In this document: one piece after another, positions 60,975 through 64,000 of the stretch | Position numbering within the stretch: position 1 is the stretch's first letter | Layout: every line of letters begins with the position of its first letter | Origin: Tubulanus polymorphus | Taxonomy: Eukaryota; Animalia; Nemertea | NCBI RefSeq assembly: GCF_964204645.1 | Contig: NC_134035.1 | Coordinates: 8,836,451 to 8,900,450 of the forward strand | DNA: 64,000 bases | Direction of reading: 5' to 3' | The notes under the pieces: model-generated | Database searches by the model: none | Told to the model about the DNA's origin: nothing | The model's input: only the letters and a program-made list of their open reading frames with translations | Translations under genes and position numbers: made by a program

Positions 60975-62439
60975 ATGGCGGCCATTATGATCAAAACAGA
61001 GCCTTTGGATTTTGAATACGGAGATGCAGGAGGTGATGGTACAGCTTTTGTAATAGATGAAGATACGTATGTAGTGTTACCCACTGATGCCGATGACGTT
61101 ACTGATGGAGATATCAACGAGACCGGATTAGCTATAGGCGAACCTTACTCGCTGGTGAACGCCGATCAACTCGATTCCGATCTGACCGGCGCCGATTCGC
61201 TGCTCGCGAAGGAGGACTCAAGTTTGTTAGATCAGGCGTGCGTTCAGCTGTCGTCGCCGTCGGGAATCTCGACGCAAAACGCCACCAAATACGCCGTGTC
61301 GGTTTTCAAAGATTTCTGCGTCGGTAAAAGCTATTCGCCGGCCGCCGTCGACGAACTTACGTCGTCCTGTTTACAAGCGTTGTTGACGAGTTTCTATCAG
61401 GAAGTTCGCACGGGACGCGGCGCCCTCTATACGAAGAAATCGCTGCAGTGCATACGCCACGGGTTACAGCGCCATTTTCTGAACCTCGGCACGGGTATCG
61501 ACATCGTGAAGGACGAAGAGTTCAAAGACGCGAACGTGATTTTCGCGACCGTCTGCAAAGACCCGGCGCGCAACAACACGGCGCAGTCGGTTCAGATTCA
61601 AAAACCGCTTCTCATCAAATCGGACATAAAAAAAATCGAAACGTATTTCCTCGACTACGACAAATCGAACAAGAAACTGCAGCAGAAAATATTCTACGAT
61701 TTCATCACGTTTTTAGGGTTTAAAGGTCGCGAGGCGTTGCGACACGTGTCGACGGAGGTGTTCATCGTGCGCCAGGACGACACAGGTCAGAAATACGTGC
61801 TGCTAACGGACGGAACTAACTACCTCGGCGATCTGATCAGCGGTTGGAAGGAGGACGATACGGCCGACGTGAGCGGGGCCGTCATGTTCGAACGGCCCGG
61901 CGACCCGCTCTGCCCGGTGAAAGCGTTCGAATTATACGTGTCGAAGTTGAACCCGTGTTGCAATGCATTTTTTCAGTACCCGCGCGACACGTATTCGCGA
62001 ACCGACGGCGTCTGGTTCGAAAACCGTCCGGTCGGCAAAAACAATCTCGGTCAGATGATGCAGGTGATCTCGAAGGAGGCCGAACTGTCGCAGATCTACA
62101 CGAACTATTCGATACGCGTGACGTGTTTGAACGTGCTCGGCGAGTTCGGGTTCACGCCGTTCAGCGCGGCGATCTCGTCGAAGTACGCCGACTTCGCGAC
62201 GTTGAAACGACAGATCGCCGACACGGTCGCCGAGGAGCTCGGATACACGTCGGGCAGTACGTGTCGTACGAACGGCGAAGAGTACCGCGCGCCGCCGACG
62301 CCGCCCGTCAAAACGCCGACCGCCGCCATCGAAAAACGTACGTCGTCGAACAAAAAACGTAAGTCGGACACGCCGGTGCGCCGGACGCCGACGAAAAAAA
62401 ATAAAGTCGAAATCGTAACGTGCGACACTCCGGATTCTG
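60975..62439 (+). CDS. Crypton-derived DUF3504 (ZMYM/QRICH1/KCTD1-like) protein, first coding exon; continues downstream
   Basis: Likely start ACAATGGCG (MAAIMIKTE). Motifs LL.SFY.EVR...G..Y...SL...R.GL.R, LQ.KIFYD...LGFKGRE.LR, M......PLCPV..F..Y.SKL, WF...PVGKN.L..MM..IS..A.LS..YTN.SIR.T. Donor G|GTAAGT at 62439/62440. Confidence 0.85.
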
Positions 62440-64000
62440 GTAAGTATTCGATCGTTTACAGGGTTCCGCTGAAATTCAGACTAGTTCAAATAAGACTTGA
62501 GAAGACGGATCGAGGTCGGTTCTAAATTTCAGAATGGGCCATTTCTCCGCGTGTCCAGCTGGACCGGTGAGAATAGCTTAAATTCTTCGAAAAATATTGG
62601 TGTCTTTTGTTAATCGGTTGTATTTCTTGTCGGTAGTATTTTTCTTAGGTAGTATTTATTGGGAACGGATTAAGCATTAGCATTTATTTGAAAAGCCTGT
62701 CCTATATAGGTTAGATCTGTTCCATCGAATGGACCGAAAAGTCTGATCGAGGTTCATTCTAAATTTCAGAGTGGGCCGTTTCTCCGCGTGTCCAGCTGGA
62801 CCGGCGAGAATAGCTTAAATTCTTCGAAAACTACTGGTGTTAATTCGGTCAATACAAAGTATGGGTCAAATTAGTATTGACCACTAGCTGATATTGTGAA
62901 TGCAGTTTAAGGTGTAACCAGTTTATTCTGAGTTGGTCAAGGTTTATTGTTCTGCTGGTGGATGTATGTGGCAGGTGATTTTCCTCAGAGGCACAGTTGC
63001 TACGGGTTACAATTTCAATGCCCCTGTTATATGAGAATATTCGAGAAGGATTGAGAGCCTCTACGCGCGCGTTTAGTATGGCTAATCGATGATGTCAGGC
63101 CTGCTTAGAAACGTGTTAGAATTTCTCTTGAATCGCCCTGTTATTATAAGAATAGGACCCACTTTCATAGTTTGGGCCTCGCTTGTAGCAGCTGTGGCTA
63201 GTTGCGCGGTGCATCACATGCTAGTCATTGTGTATCGCAATGGTCTTTATGTAAGACCATCACTACTTTATTGATGCCCTATACAGATTATACGGGTTGA
63301 TCGTTACGCAGAATCGCCGAATAGAATGTATTGCGAAGTTCTGTGAGAATTAGGTTTTTCTATTATCTTGAGTGGTCGTGCTTGATCGATTCATCGAGTG
63401 ACTTTTTCCTGTTGAAAATTCGACCGCAATGCATTTAGTCTCCCTATATGATTGATAGTTGAACCTTTATTATTGATTTAGGCTGGATTACTGTATTAGG
63501 CAAAATGAACCTTTGTTCGATAAATAATACGGTGAAAAAATTAGGTCAAATGAGAAGCGATATAATTTTATCAGGAATCTATGCCCCCTCGTTGCGGATG
63601 CTATTTGATTTACTGATGGATCTGGTTTGTGGATATTTCGAGGGCTGGTTTTAAAGTACGGATGGACTCGGTATGCTATGCTATGCTATGCGATAATGGT
63701 AAAAGGCTGACATTTAGAGATGACCAATAATGTATGAGTCACGTATACGGCTAGTGTATAGCGGGTTACAGTACACTCTCTCTCTCACATACACAGTAAA
63801 CATCAGGCTTCTCTCAATAACTGCGGCGATGTATATGCTCTGTATACAGTACAACGCCTGCAGTCCGCCACTCTATTCATCTGTACTACTCGGCGCTCAG
63901 CTCTCGCTGCTGTAGCCATGCCTACAGGCTTTAGGAATTGATTTCATACACACTGACTGCTGACATAAGCATCAGGGCGGGGAACAGGCGGTAACCGTTA

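Noticed and set aside
61448-62428. Alternative-frame and antisense ORFs inside the DUF3504 exon (similar cases inside the TMEM86A, TAF11, TMEM237 and Merlin ORFs)
   Set aside because: Expected shadows of GC-rich, codon-biased coding sequence.

Overview
This is AT-rich eukaryotic (invertebrate-type) genomic DNA with GT-AG introns; the species cannot be established from the window, and most short ORFs in the six-frame track are spurious. Exons were assembled by hand from splice signals and reading phase. From left to right: the 3' half of a tetraspanin gene (+); an intronless peptide-GPCR pseudogene (-); an apparently intact 2.08-kb Merlin/IS1595 DNA transposon with 246-bp TIRs and an 8-bp TSD; a 14-exon, 618-aa STRA8-like HLH + HMG-like gene (+); a 6.6-kb satellite made of two unit types, followed by a 17-bp minisatellite and a decayed LINE. 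A compact gene cluster follows: TMEM86A (+), TAF11 (-), TXNDC9/PhLP3-like (+), TMEM237 (-), HSD17B12 (-) and the 5' part of a Crypton-derived DUF3504 gene (+). Introns hold many MITEs and a tRNA-derived SINE. Top leads: (1) the tetraspanin ends in UAG-CAA-UUA, the exact TMV-type readthrough signal. It is followed by a possible stem-loop/pseudoknot and an in-frame 17-aa extension ending in the class I PDZ ligand -VTSL, suggesting a readthrough-switched PDZ-binding isoform. (2) An invertebrate STRA8-like candidate meiosis initiator carries a C-terminal CtBP motif (PLDLS), with a young Merlin element inserted just upstream. Family assignments rest on recalled motifs; no database searches were run.
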